Shown here piece by piece: positions 50,401 through 61,253 of a DNA stretch of 64,000 nt. The notes beneath the pieces were generated by a model. The model saw nothing but the letters and a program-made list of their open reading frames with translations. It searched no databases and was not told the origin of the DNA. Both the position numbers and the translations under genes were made by a program. Origin of the DNA: Podarcis tiliguerta (lineage: Eukaryota); assembly GCA_965153285.1 (NCBI GenBank), contig OZ229121.1, one strand, 5' to 3'. How positions within the stretch are numbered: the first letter of the stretch is position 1; each line of letters starts with the position of its first letter.

Positions 50401-51456
50401 TCTTGGACGAGTGGTTTTAGTTGACTGAGGGACTGCCCAGGCAGAGGAAGCCAAGGGCTGCTTATTTGCAAAGTTAGAGGACTTGGGCTTCTCTTTATTT
50501 ATTTATTTTATTAAAATAACTCGATGGTTAATTCACGAGGAAGGACCCGCTATTTTTATTTTATTTTAAACCAAGCGAAACTACCCCCACTAGACGCTCG
50601 GAGCTCTTTTCAACTCCAGAGGAAAACCTAGATGCCCCCACATACACAAAAAGGCGATTCTGAAAAGGTGAGCACGTGGGGACGAGGATCCTGAGCCTTG
50701 TTCTCCTTGATCGATCAACTTTTCCGCCATGTTTATTCCTCCCTGCCTCGCTACCTGCCTGCTTGCGGATGCGCTTAAGCGGAGAATGTTTTGGCATTAA
50801 GGTTCTGTATCATTGCACGTTGATCAGCTCCAGAATCCAGACAAAGGCGAATCGGGTGGGGAGGGGAGAGAGAGAGGGGGAGATTGGAAGGGGTGGGAGT
50901 GGAGGCGGTGGTGATGGGAGCCTGAAAGGGCTGTGTAGCCATTTCTTTTTCCAGACTTTGAACCCGCGCATCTTGATCGTCTTCGATAGCCTATGTATAC
51001 AAGGATTCTTGCCTCTCTGTCCCCGCTGCCCCTTTCTCTAAGTTGCATTTTAAAAGGGCATCATACCTAATTCGATCCGTGGCTAAATTAGAGAACTATG
51101 ATGGAACGTGGAGAGTAAGATTAAACGGAGTGACTACGAAGTGGGCACAAAGGCGTTTCTAATGATTTGGCGGGTCCAGAAGAAGAGAAAGAACTTCATT
51201 TTTCTTTTAAACACACAAGAATGTGGAAAGTTTGTAGACGCAGATGGAGACTTTGGTGGGGAGGGCGGAGGGGGGCGGTGGGAAGGGTGAGGTCTTGTTG
51301 CCGTTCGGTTTTTTTTGGGGGGAGGGGGCTTTCCCCACCCCACCCGCTCGGAATCTGTTTCTTTTGGGCATTGGTGTCTCTCCATATGTATTCGAAGCGG
51401 GATCCTTTCTCCTAAGGAAAGCGGCAGTGGGGAGCCCTCTTAATTAGGAGGCTGAG

Positions 51457-51545
51457 AACTGGTCGGTGGTTTAGGTAGTTTCATGTTGTTGGGGCTGGAT
51501 CTCAATCTCTCTCTACAGCACGAAACTGCCTTAATTACTTCAGTT
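51457..51545 (+). ncRNA. MIR196B: mir-196 precursor (HoxA-linked paralogue, positional orthologue of mammalian MIR196B); mature 5p 51472-51493
   Basis: TAGGTAGTTTCATGTTGTTGGG pairs with ACAGCACGAAACTGCCT; basal stem AACTGG / TCAGTT; located between HOXA10 and HOXA9. Confidence 0.97.
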
Positions 51546-53186
51546 TGAAATCATCAACCGGGTCTAATAAGAATCAGAATAAGCGCCGGAGTCCATCCGT
51601 AGCAATAGCGATGCAATACTAATAATACCGCCTTTTACCGAAGAAATCTGGCAAGCTACCTTTCCTCGGCAGGCGTTAAGTCCCAATGCCATTGGTTTGC
51701 CTTCTGCGCGCCGAAAAACCCCGCGCCTTTCCGGCCGCCTCAATTAATCCATTTCAGCCAAGGTGGAAGAGGGGGGAAATGTTTCAAGGCGCTATTGGAG
51801 GAGACCTTCAAGCTTAGCTAGGATCGGTTGTCTTCGGGTTTTCTCATGCAGGTTTCCTTCAAGGTCAGGTGCACTCTGCCAGTTTAGGAATGTCCAGATT
51901 TTATTGTCTAATCCGTATCATTGGATACTTTGATTATTGTCGCTGCTGTTGCTGGTGATATTATTCGCATTATTCGCAAAAATGTCTGTTGCCCTGCTTT
52001 CCTCCCTATGTACTGGGTGTGTTTCAGTTACTCCGCTGTAAAGAGAGGGAATCTGGTAGCAATTTCCAGCTCTGCTTACTGGTTCTCTCTCATTATATTT
52101 TATTGAGCTATATTGTGTTATGAGGTCTTGCCGCCGGCCCGTTTGCGCAAACACACACACACAGCCCTTGCTCTCCCTTTACTTACAGTGCTGGCCTTCA
52201 GAATCACTCTGTTTTCTCTCCGCTGTTTCTCCCCCCACCCCGAAGCTAGAACAGTCCTTCCAATGTCTGCAGGGAATGCAGACCCTAAGGGCATAAGGGG
52301 CGGAAAAAGGGAGCCCGGGGAGGCAGGAAAACTCGGGAGGGGGGACCCCAAGGATTTCTCTGTAGCTCACAAGGCCTCGGTTACGATCATTATTGGAGTG
52401 TGTCCGGGCGCCTGCATTCCAATGAGGCGGAATAAGCAACAGCGACCTCGCTTGGGCTCGAGGCTGCGCTGTGCTGTCGCCTTGCCATTTATGCGCAGCA
52501 GCCCAGCGAGAGGCGAAGGAGCTGCAGCGCCTTGTTTACACCGGATACACACATTGTTTACAGCTATTGTAAATGAACAAGACCTCTCCCTTCCATGTCC
52601 TGCGGTGGGTACGGGTGCGTGGGTATTGGGAAACGCACGGGAATATCCTTTATATTCTTTTACCCCCCCTCCCCCACCCTTCAAGTTTCCGAACATTTCA
52701 GAGAACAGTTAAAAGGGCTGGAGAAATCAGATTTGTTTAATTCTGCCTCCCACAAACACACACCGTCCCGTCAATTTTGGGGGGAGCCTTTGCCACGGTT
52801 GAATAATTTAAATGGCAAGTTCACACGATAAGTGTTTCGGGGCTTTGCTGCTTATAATATGGACATTGTGTGGTTATGTAGGTGTCTGTGTTTGCACGAA
52901 TGCACGTGCCTACGGCTTGGATCTAGAGGACGTACATGGTCCCCCCACATGAATACAGAAAGAAGGGCATTGCTGTATGCAAGCAGCTACCATGGCCAGC
53001 CTTCTGTATGAAGTCTGTGCTGCTTCTGAATCATTCGACCATTGTTTGGTCACTTATCTCAAGCAAAGCTTATTTAAAAGCTAAAAACACAACAAAACAG
53101 ACAAACCCAAGAACCCGGAATTCTCCATATCAGTGCGCAATACACTACCTCCTACAGAATATTACCCAAATCCTATTAGGACTACT

Positions 53187-53188
53187 TT

Positions 53189-53240
<52 letters not shown>

Positions 53241-53243
53241 TTT
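53187..53243. repeat. (TTTC)n microsatellite
   Basis: About 13 units. Confidence 0.95.
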
Positions 53244-53684
53244 AAAAAGAGAAAACTCTATATGTCTCTGTGTGTACACACATATATATGTGTGCATGAA
53301 TGAGAGGGAGAAGGGGGTGGAATATATGGGGGGGGAGAGAGAGAAACATTAGACAATTATATTGCTTAGATATGTTTAGGAGCATACTGATTACTTCAGA
53401 CTCTGTGTAAAATAAGTAAATAAAGTGCGAGCACACAGTTATAACCCTTAAACGGCGTTTTTATTTTTCCTTTGATCTGTCTGGTAGGTAGATTCAAGGG
53501 TTAAAACCTAATAATGTGTGTGTGTGTGTGTGTGTAACCAGATATAGTTATTAAAACTCTGAAGCTGCCACCATATATGCACACTAACTTGAAATAAATA
53601 CTGTTGAGATCAGTATAACATTTTTTAACCTGGGCGAAAATTTCCCGAAAGGGCGGGTCAGTGTATATGGGTTGTTTAAATGTC

Positions 53685-53766
53685 ACGGCTACCGTCCTGC
53701 ACACACTTACTCGGGAGTAAGTCCCAAATGTATGTGTTCAGGGTAATGTCCAAAGACTGGTAGCCG
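53685..53766. mobile_element. Family-B MITE-like copy, internally deleted
   Basis: Ends GGCTACCGTC / GACTGGTAGCC; core ACACTTACTCGGGAGTAAGTCCCA. Confidence 0.55.
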
Positions 53767-54124
53767 CCTTATTCCAACCCGAAGCCTATTTCATTGGAAG
53801 TAATTAACAGTTCAAAGAAAGCAGGAATTCGGCTAATGACGAGGCTTTCTCCATTTTCATATTATTTGTCACTAAATGGAAGTCAGCTATAGGTGCTACA
53901 ATGCCGAGCTATTAAAAAAAAGATTCCTGTTTATACTGAAAATACAATATGTGCACCAAATGAAGAAAATGGCGAAGTACTTTGTATTTATCCCTTTCTA
54001 TCATTTCGAAGGTGAATATAACAAATCATCTTTAAATTCTTTAATTTTAATGGTTCAGCAGCCAGCTTTTTTAAGGGAGCTCTGAAATGTTTATTCCTTT
54101 ATTGTAACGCCAGCCTTACATTTC

Positions 54125-54288
54125 AAATTTCTACATGTCTACTCAAAAGTAAGCCCCACTGAGTTCCATGGCGCTTCTAGGTAACTGGGTAAAGAGACTG
54201 CAGCCTTAGACTGCAATTTTACCCAGAAGTAAGTCCCACTGAGCTTTAAAAGGACTTACTCTGTAGTACGTGCCGGGGATTGCAGCTG
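54125..54288. mobile_element. Tandem pair of family-B palindromic MITE-like repeats
   Basis: Second copy: CTGCAAT (54211-54217) / ATTGCAG (54279-54285) ends and a perfect inner inverted repeat AGTAAGTCC (54228-54236) / GGACTTACT (54252-54260). First copy shares AAGTAAGCCCCACTGAGTTC. Confidence 0.65.
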
Positions 54289-55431
54289 GATCATTCCCGT
54301 TGTTTCCCACTCTCAAAGGCTTAATCCGGAATGAAAAGTCACTACCGCCTCCGAAACCCCAAAAAGTCATAAAAAGATTTAGGAATCCTGCTGTTAAGAT
54401 TATTTTTCTCCTTCGAGGAGGAAGGAAGTTCCGCCAGCATATTTCACAACAGCTGACTCTCGATTTTAAACAAAAATGACGTAAGACTTCCGTCTTTCCA
54501 GGAGAGAAACCGGCTAATAATAATATTTTCCTCCTCTCTCCTGTTGAGGATATCGCACTAAGGCGATCACATACTTTAGCTGTAATTACATAGGAAGACA
54601 TTTGTCTACATTTATTTTTTTAAAAAAGAAATGGCTTTGTTGAGGCATGGGAAGAGATTTCCAGCAACGCCCCTGCGAAATTGTTTCTGCTGAGGATCTG
54701 TGAAATATTAATTGTTTCTTGTAATCTCGGGACCTTATGTCAAAAAAAGAGAACTGACTGCTAATTTAAGTTTTTCTCAAGACTCAGCTATTGGAGAAGT
54801 ATGAAAGGGGAAAAGAACGCTGACGTGATGTAAAGCTAATGAGAACCATACTTTTTGCGCTCACAATATTCACAGACGAATTTCATTAGCACGCGGTTTC
54901 CTTGCTATTTGCCCCGTCTCTAGCCTGGCGAAGAGTTAAAAAAAATAAAAAATAAAAATAAAATACAGAGATCCTTATTCTCTTCCCCCTCCTCCCAGTA
55001 GCAGAACACAGCATTTCTTTCCAAAGAAAGAAAGAAAAAAAGAAAGAAAGAGAAATAAATAGGGGGGGGGGGGAGAGACGTTTATGAATCCTCCGGAGAA
55101 AAACAATGAATGCAAATGTCACCGACAATCCACCATTTAGTCATAACTTTAATCCACAACACTGGACTTGATCTGAGACCGTATCACCTTCTCCTTGTTT
55201 TTCCTAGACGGCGGTAACCCTCCGCCGCTTACAGAAGCCATATAAGAACGTGCCAGAGAGTAAATAACTATTTGCACCTCAAATCCGACGGCTCGGGAAT
55301 GCGATCCGCCAGCGGGGATACTGCATAAAAATGCAAGGGCGAAAGAGGGTGCCCCTTTAAAGGCAGGCGACAGACAGGATTTCTGCTCCTATTTTGCTTT
55401 CATGCATGCTTAGGAATTAATCGTCATGAAG

Positions 55432-55512
55432 AGTGTGTGAGTGTGTGAGTGTGAGAGTGTGTGTATAGTGTGTGTGTGTGTGTGTGTGTGTGTAGTGTGT
55501 AGTGTGTGTGTG
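55432..55512. repeat. Imperfect (TG)n microsatellite
   Basis: Interrupted GT run. Confidence 0.9.
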
Positions 55513-56809
55513 TATTCCTTCCCCACCCACAGACAGACACACAGTCTCACACACTCACAGTCTCCAACATAGCTGTGCTTTATCCGGTTCTTGACAGAAT
55601 GTGTAGTTACACTTCAGAGAGAGAGAGAGACAGAAGGGATAAAATGCCCAGTGGCCGTGGATCCCGCCGCAGTCAACTTGATCGAGGGGGATGTGTCCGC
55701 TCAGTTTTTCTCCCGCATAAAAGTTCTCTTCTGCATTCCTCCTCTTGACTTGGTCTCTTCCTTTTACCAAAATAAAATAAAATATAAAATATAAAGATTA
55801 TCTAGTTGTCAAACCTGCATCAAAGAACAGGGCATCAAACAACTTCTTGATAAAATGTCACAATATTATTTAAAAGAAAAACAGCAAGAAGGGCAATTGT
55901 CTCCCACACCTGCAGGTTAAGCTAGTATTTGTGGCAGAATTTAAATGTGTCTGCGGTTCCTTGCCTTATTCTGCTGCTGGAATTATTTCGGGGGCTGCGC
56001 AGGGGGTGAGGGGAGGGAGAGAGAAGAGAAAGAGATTACTGAGGAGCCAGGAGGTGGGTGTTTGGGATTCCTAGTTGTGGGTCCGATTCCACAGTGAGGG
56101 ATTCCTGGCTGTGGGTCCGAGGACTCTTAGATCGGAGGTGCGGAGAAAGATGCAAATTTCGATATCGATTTGAGATCTCTCGCCCCCAGCCCCAGTTATC
56201 CTCCTGCTCTGTTCGGCGGTGGGCAGATTCCCTTTTGGAAAGGGGAATCGTGTTGGATTTGACTTTTCCCTGCCAGCCCCCGTTAGCTCTGAACTCAACG
56301 GCACAGTATTATTTACAGTGAGTTCCCAAACTAAACACAATAGTATAATTTAACCTTTCCAGGCACTCGTAAATTTTTACTGCTGTGAAACACAGCGATG
56401 CAAATGAATATGCTCGTAGTTACTGACTTAATAACAACCCCGTGGCTCCCGAAACAATAACTCCTTATGAAATATAATAAATATATATTTAAATACAGTA
56501 TGCCGCCAATGTTATTTTGCTTTTTTATTGCTTCAATTATTGTATAATTTTATGTGAAGGTCTCCGATCACAAGGAGGGTAGCCTGTCTTTGTGTGTGTG
56601 TGTGCGTGAGTGACTGAGTATGTGTGTGTGTGTATGTGTATGAGAGAGAGACTTGGCTTTTTTTCTTTTTTTTTTGCAAGGAACACGGACCATTGATGGG
56701 ATGATTAATTATGATATAAAATAGTCCGCTTTAGAAAGGTGGCCATACCCAAAATTCTGATCTTTTAATCTCGATCAGCCACAATTAAAACAAATATTGC
56801 CGTACAAGT

Positions 56810-57000
56810 CGTCTATCCCTTTGCATAAAAACATATGGCTTTGCTATAAAAATGATGACGGGAAAACACTGACCCATTAATAGCCTGCGGACTGATTTAT
56901 ACTTTATTGTTCTGCTGCCCGGCCATGTGACGCGAGGCAGCCAATGGGCTGACAGGCAGCCTTCAACTTATTAGGTGACTGTACTTCTTCGTGAGGACCA
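56810..57000 (+). promoter_or_regulatory. HOXA9 proximal promoter
   Basis: GCATAAAA and CTATAAAA (Cdx/Hox-type), PBX-HOX TGATTTAT 56893-56900, E-box CATGTGAC at about 56924, CCAAT 56941. Confidence 0.7.
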
Positions 57001-57009
57001 AGTTGTTAC

Positions 57010-57030
57010 ATGAAATCTGCAGTTTCATAA
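57010..57030 (+). other. uORF MKSAVS* in the HOXA9 leader
   Basis: ATG AAA TCT GCA GTT TCA TAA. Confidence 0.65.
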
Positions 57031-57096
57031 TTTCGCCAGGTCTTGCCTCTCCTTTTTTTGCACTGGGGCTGGGGCCGGGGCTTGGCTTGGATGGCT

Positions 57097-57643
57097 ATGT
57101 CTTCTTCGGGGACGCTCAGCAACTACTACGTGGACTCTTTCCTCATCCACGACAGCGAGGAGCTGGTGCAGTCCCGCTATGGCTCGGCTTCCCTAGGTCA
57201 GCCGGCCAGGCAGGCGACCCTTGGAGACCACCCCGAGTTCACCCCGTGCAGCTTTCAGTCGAAAACCTCCGTCTTCAGCACTTCCTGGAACGCCGTGCAC
57301 CCGCCGAGCGCTAACAATGTGCCCACCGTGTACCACCCGTACGTGCATCACCAGGCACCAATGGCAGCGCCCGACGGCAGGTACATGCGCTCGTGGCTGG
57401 AGCCCATGCCGGGCTCCTTGTCTTTCCCGGGCTTGCCGGCCAGCAGGCATTACGGCATTAAACCTGAACCGCTCACGGCCAGGAGGGGTGACTGTACCAC
57501 CTTTGACACGCACGCGCTCTCTCTGACTGACTATGCTTGTGGTTCTCCTCCAGCTGATAGGGATAAGCAAGGCAACGACGGCGCGTTCTCGGAAAACAAT
57601 GGCGAGAGCGAGGCGAACGGAGACAAGCCCCAGATCGACCCAA
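57097..57643 (+). CDS. HOXA9: Homeobox protein Hox-A9, coding exon 1
   Basis: MSSSGTLSNYYVDSFL...PCSFQSK...DGRYMRSWLEP...HYGIKPEP...DYACGSPP...DKPQIDP; additional in-frame ATG at 57091; phase-1 donor A|GTAAGT at 57643/57644. Confidence 0.97.
57381..57553 (+). other. 173-nt exonic intron generating truncated HOXA9T
   Basis: Donor CAG|GTACAT, CTGAC branch-point candidates and acceptor TTCTCCTCCAG|; splicing gives AG|C TGA (stop). Confidence 0.8.
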
Positions 57644-59034
57644 GTAAGTGCCATCCGCCTGGGCTTGGGCGGGAGGAGGGTGGGCGGGTGGGTAGGGGGC
57701 TGGGTGTCGAGAGCCACCGTCTACCGTGAGCTATGCGGCAATGGCTGCTGGGTGGGTGACTGGGTGGGGGCTTCTGTGGTCACAGAAGAACGTCCAGCGG
57801 CACCACTGAGCTTCTCTCTATCTCTGTGTGTGTAGAATTGTGTGCGTAAAACGGGAATATGGTTGCGCCTGCATATACGCGTGTATGTACATATTTGGTG
57901 CCAGTCTTTGTAGGCTCACGGTCTATGCAGCCAGCTAGGTCTGTGTGTGTTTCTCAGCGTCAAGGTGCCAGCAAAGTCCAGCATGACCTCCCTGTCGCAA
58001 CAGTGTGCAGGGGCGCGTCACCAGCGTGTTTTCCTGGGCGCACGCTTCAGCTACAAAGCCACATTGGGGGGATGGGAGGAGAGAGCCGGGCGGTGTAGGG
58101 GGGGGGGCGGCGTGAGAGGGTGGTGGTCGCGCACAACCCAAGTTACTTGGGAGAGGCGAGGAAAAACAAAACATTGGATGTGAATCTGATCCCTTTGTGA
58201 CGACGAGCTGAGCTAGGAAAGCCAAGAACAACAACAACTGTTCTTGTGTGTGTGTGTGTTTTTCCTAACTTCATTTTAGCCCTCTCTTTGGCGACTATTT
58301 ATTCCACTCCTTTGCTTGTTGCTAACACCTTCGCTTGCCTTTAGAACTGAGCTAGCGGATCAATAGTGCAGGCACGGCAAATAATGCCAAATGCAAATGT
58401 GTGAGTGGGTGTTTTCCCACCTAAAGCAAGCCAGGCTTAGCTTGAAGACAGGGCCGGGTGGGTGTGTTCCCTTATCTCCTTGAAAGCGCCCAGCGGTTAT
58501 ATAAGAGAAGGTCAGAACTGGAAAGTGAAACATTTTCCGTATGACACTTATTCTCAGGGGTTGTGCAGCGGTCCTATATATTTTTTTCCGGAGGGGGAGA
58601 GGAGAGAGAGAAATGAGGGGGCTTGGCTGAGAGGAGGGTAAAGCAGCAAAGGCAGGCTTTGAAATTACACCCTATATAAACACTATGAAGAAGTGAGGCG
58701 GTGGCCAGTGGGGTTTCCCCCCTCCCTTTCTCTTTTTCTTTTTTTACTACGCGTAATTCTACGTGACCTTTTCCATGTGTCTCAGTTTGGAGTCCATTGT
58801 GTCTGACCCCATCCTGTATGTCTGTCCAAAGGAAAGGAATGTCGTAAACCACCAATATCAGGGCATCCATGCTCTTCAAAAGGAAGGTGGTGGCTTGGGG
58901 GTGGGGGTGGGAGGAGGTGCTGTTTGTGTGCCTATGGGGTGGAGATGCAGTCATAATAGCAGTGCGGGGGGGTTGTTGGTGCGGGGTTCTGTCCTTCGCC
59001 AACTTAACCCTCTTTGGCGTCGTTTTCCTTGCAG

Positions 59035-59273
59035 ACAACCCGGCCGCGAATTGGTTGCACGCGAGATCCACTCGGAAAAAACGGTGCCCTTACACCAAAC
59101 ACCAGACGCTGGAGCTGGAGAAGGAGTTTTTGTTCAACATGTATCTCACCAGGGACCGACGGTACGAAGTGGCCCGGCTCCTGAATTTAACCGAGAGACA
59201 AGTGAAAATCTGGTTTCAGAACCGGAGGATGAAAATGAAGAAAATCAACAAAGACCGAGCGAAGGATGAATGA
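59035..59273 (+). CDS. HOXA9: Homeobox protein Hox-A9, coding exon 2 (homeodomain)
   Basis: Acceptor CAG|AC at 59034/59035 gives [79 protein letters not shown]; 261 aa from 57097. Confidence 0.98.
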
Positions 59274-59671
59274 TGCTCGGCTTCCAGGTTTAATCACGTT
59301 TCAAACAGCAAAAATCTCCCCTTCCAGCGCAACGCAACACAATCCTCCCCTCTTCTGTTCCCAGCATACCCCGAGACTGTGTCCAGGCCTCATGTGTTGT
59401 TGTTATTATTATTATTAATATTATTTGGGGTTTCCCACCCCCCTGGGGTTGTTGCTGTTGTTTTGTCCTTGGCCAATTCAGCTCTTGAATGTATCTCGCC
59501 AGCGTGCAGGGAGATATGGCTGTGCCCCGGTGCTATTATGGAGGTACCCAGATTTATCATTTTCTAATCATAGGGAAGGAAAGGGGGGCATTAAACTCGG
59601 AAGGCTGATCTGTTGGCTTGTCTAAATCTACCTGTCCTTCACGAAAGAAAGAAAGAAAAGAAAGAAAGAAA

Positions 59672-59681
59672 GAAACTACCT
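59672..59681 (+). promoter_or_regulatory. miR-196 target site in the HOXA9 3' UTR
   Basis: GAAACTACCT is the reverse complement of miR-196 nt 2-11. Confidence 0.7.
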
Positions 59682-60283
59682 TTTTAATGCACAATTCTTT
59701 ACAGACTGTATAGGTTAGTCGACGTAGTTAATTTTATTTGCTCTTTGCGCGGCAGAGAGAGGTCTGCTCTAATACTTGAACACTGTGTTTTATTGTGGTA
59801 ATTATATTTGTGACTCAATTTTTTGTGCTTGGGTGCTGTACCAGATGTGATTGTGTAAGCTAGGATTCAATTTGAACTCAGGTTGTTTATTATAAAGGTT
59901 GCATAGAGTATAGCTCGGTAGTGTAAGGAGTCCTTTTTTTCTGTATCATTATTAGACAGTGAACCTTGGATTGTACCGGGGGGAAACCAATTCGTTCGCT
60001 CTCTTTCTATCCCAGCTTTTAAACACAAAAGTGGGGGCATGATCTGGGATAGCCAAGGACTTGTGGACCCCCCCGTTCTTTTGAAGCAAGTCATTTTCGT
60101 ATGCACACTTGATCGACCTATCTATCTATCTATATATATAGTACAGTCTTCGTCAGTTGTATATATCATAATCTATATATTAAAGAAAGAAACCCTTAAT
60201 AATCAGGCTAGCTTGAATCTTGTTTTTGCACCCGTGAGCAATTTTCAGATAACGGAGCTATACCTATATGTGAAAAAGAAGGT

Positions 60284-60292
60284 AACTACCTA
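60284..60292 (+). promoter_or_regulatory. miR-196 8mer target site in the HOXA9 3' UTR
   Basis: AACTACCTA is the reverse complement of miR-196 nt 1-9. Confidence 0.75.
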
Positions 60293-60547
60293 TGGTTTAC
60301 GTTTTGAGTTTAATCGAATTTAATTGATTCTTATTGTAATGAAGTTTAATTTTATTGATAATAAATTATACACTCTAAAAAAAACCTACCTTTTGGTTAT
60401 TGTAGATTTGTATCGATTATTAACATAAAAAATAAAAAGTCCTGGACGTTATCTTTATGCAGAAGCTACACTGTATATTTTGCAATAGTTACCTCATGGC
60501 CTACTGACCAAATAGTTGTGTCCAGAATGATATTTAACTTTTTGCTA

Positions 60548-60553
60548 AATAAA
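60548..60553 (+). terminator. Probable HOXA9 polyadenylation signal
   Basis: AATAAA followed by GT/T-rich sequence; other AATAAA at about 60360 and 60431. Confidence 0.55.
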
Positions 60554-60910
60554 ATATATATTGATTCTTTTAAAAAAAAAATTGTGCTGTTTTTAAGATT
60601 ATTAAGAAGGCAAAACCTGCCCATCTTTACCCTTGGAGAGCAAGCAAAATCCTAACACTGGTCCTTTAACACGGTTACTCAAAAGGAAGACCCACTCATG
60701 TTGATGGAACTTAACTTCCAAGCAGTTATGGTTCACATGGCAAATCCTTCTCCCAAACGAAAACGCGAGTGGAACCTGGGAGAAGAAGACAGTGGAGTAA
60801 CTGGGCCGGGCATGTTTCACCCAGGCTATCCAATGATTGCATAGAACCTTGAACTGGAAACTAAGGATAGTAATTAGTGTGGGTGCCTTTAATTAGTTAA
60901 GATGCTGTCA

Positions 60911-60919
60911 AATAATAAC

Positions 60920-60974
<55 letters not shown>
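60911..60974. repeat. (AAT)n microsatellite
   Basis: About 21 units with one interruption. Confidence 0.95.
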
Positions 60975-61234
60975 GAATTGATAAACATAAACCAAAGCAG
61001 CAGGACAAAATTCCAGTGACCTTTTGCAGGAATAATCTAGTTAGTACCCGCCACTCTTTCAACTCTCATTTTTAAAAAAATCAGCTTGGCTTCCAGAAGC
61101 AAATAATCCACAGAGTATGAAATTTCATCCATGTCTCTTCATAGAGAAAGCATTCCCAAAGTAAAACCCATTCCAGCTGCTTTCTGTGTCTTCGGTGCAG
61201 CCTCGCCCGCGAAATAAACACACCGCATTTGATG

Positions 61235-61253
61235 CGGCCAAAGATGGAGGCTT
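61235..61253 (+). promoter_or_regulatory. Candidate (degenerate) CTCF site 3' of HOXA9
   Basis: CGGCCAAAGATGGAGGCTT resembles the CTCF core but has GGAG for GGCG; position fits the A7|A9 boundary. Confidence 0.4.

Noticed and set aside
52113-52712. 199-aa intergenic ORF
   Set aside because: Non-ATG start, includes a CA microsatellite, no recognisable protein features.
58763-59034. Long ORFs extending upstream of the HOXA9, HOXA10, HOXA11 and HOXA13 second exons, and read-through past the exon-1 donors
   Set aside because: Intronic extensions in the ORF track; canonical phase-1 splice sites define the true exon boundaries.
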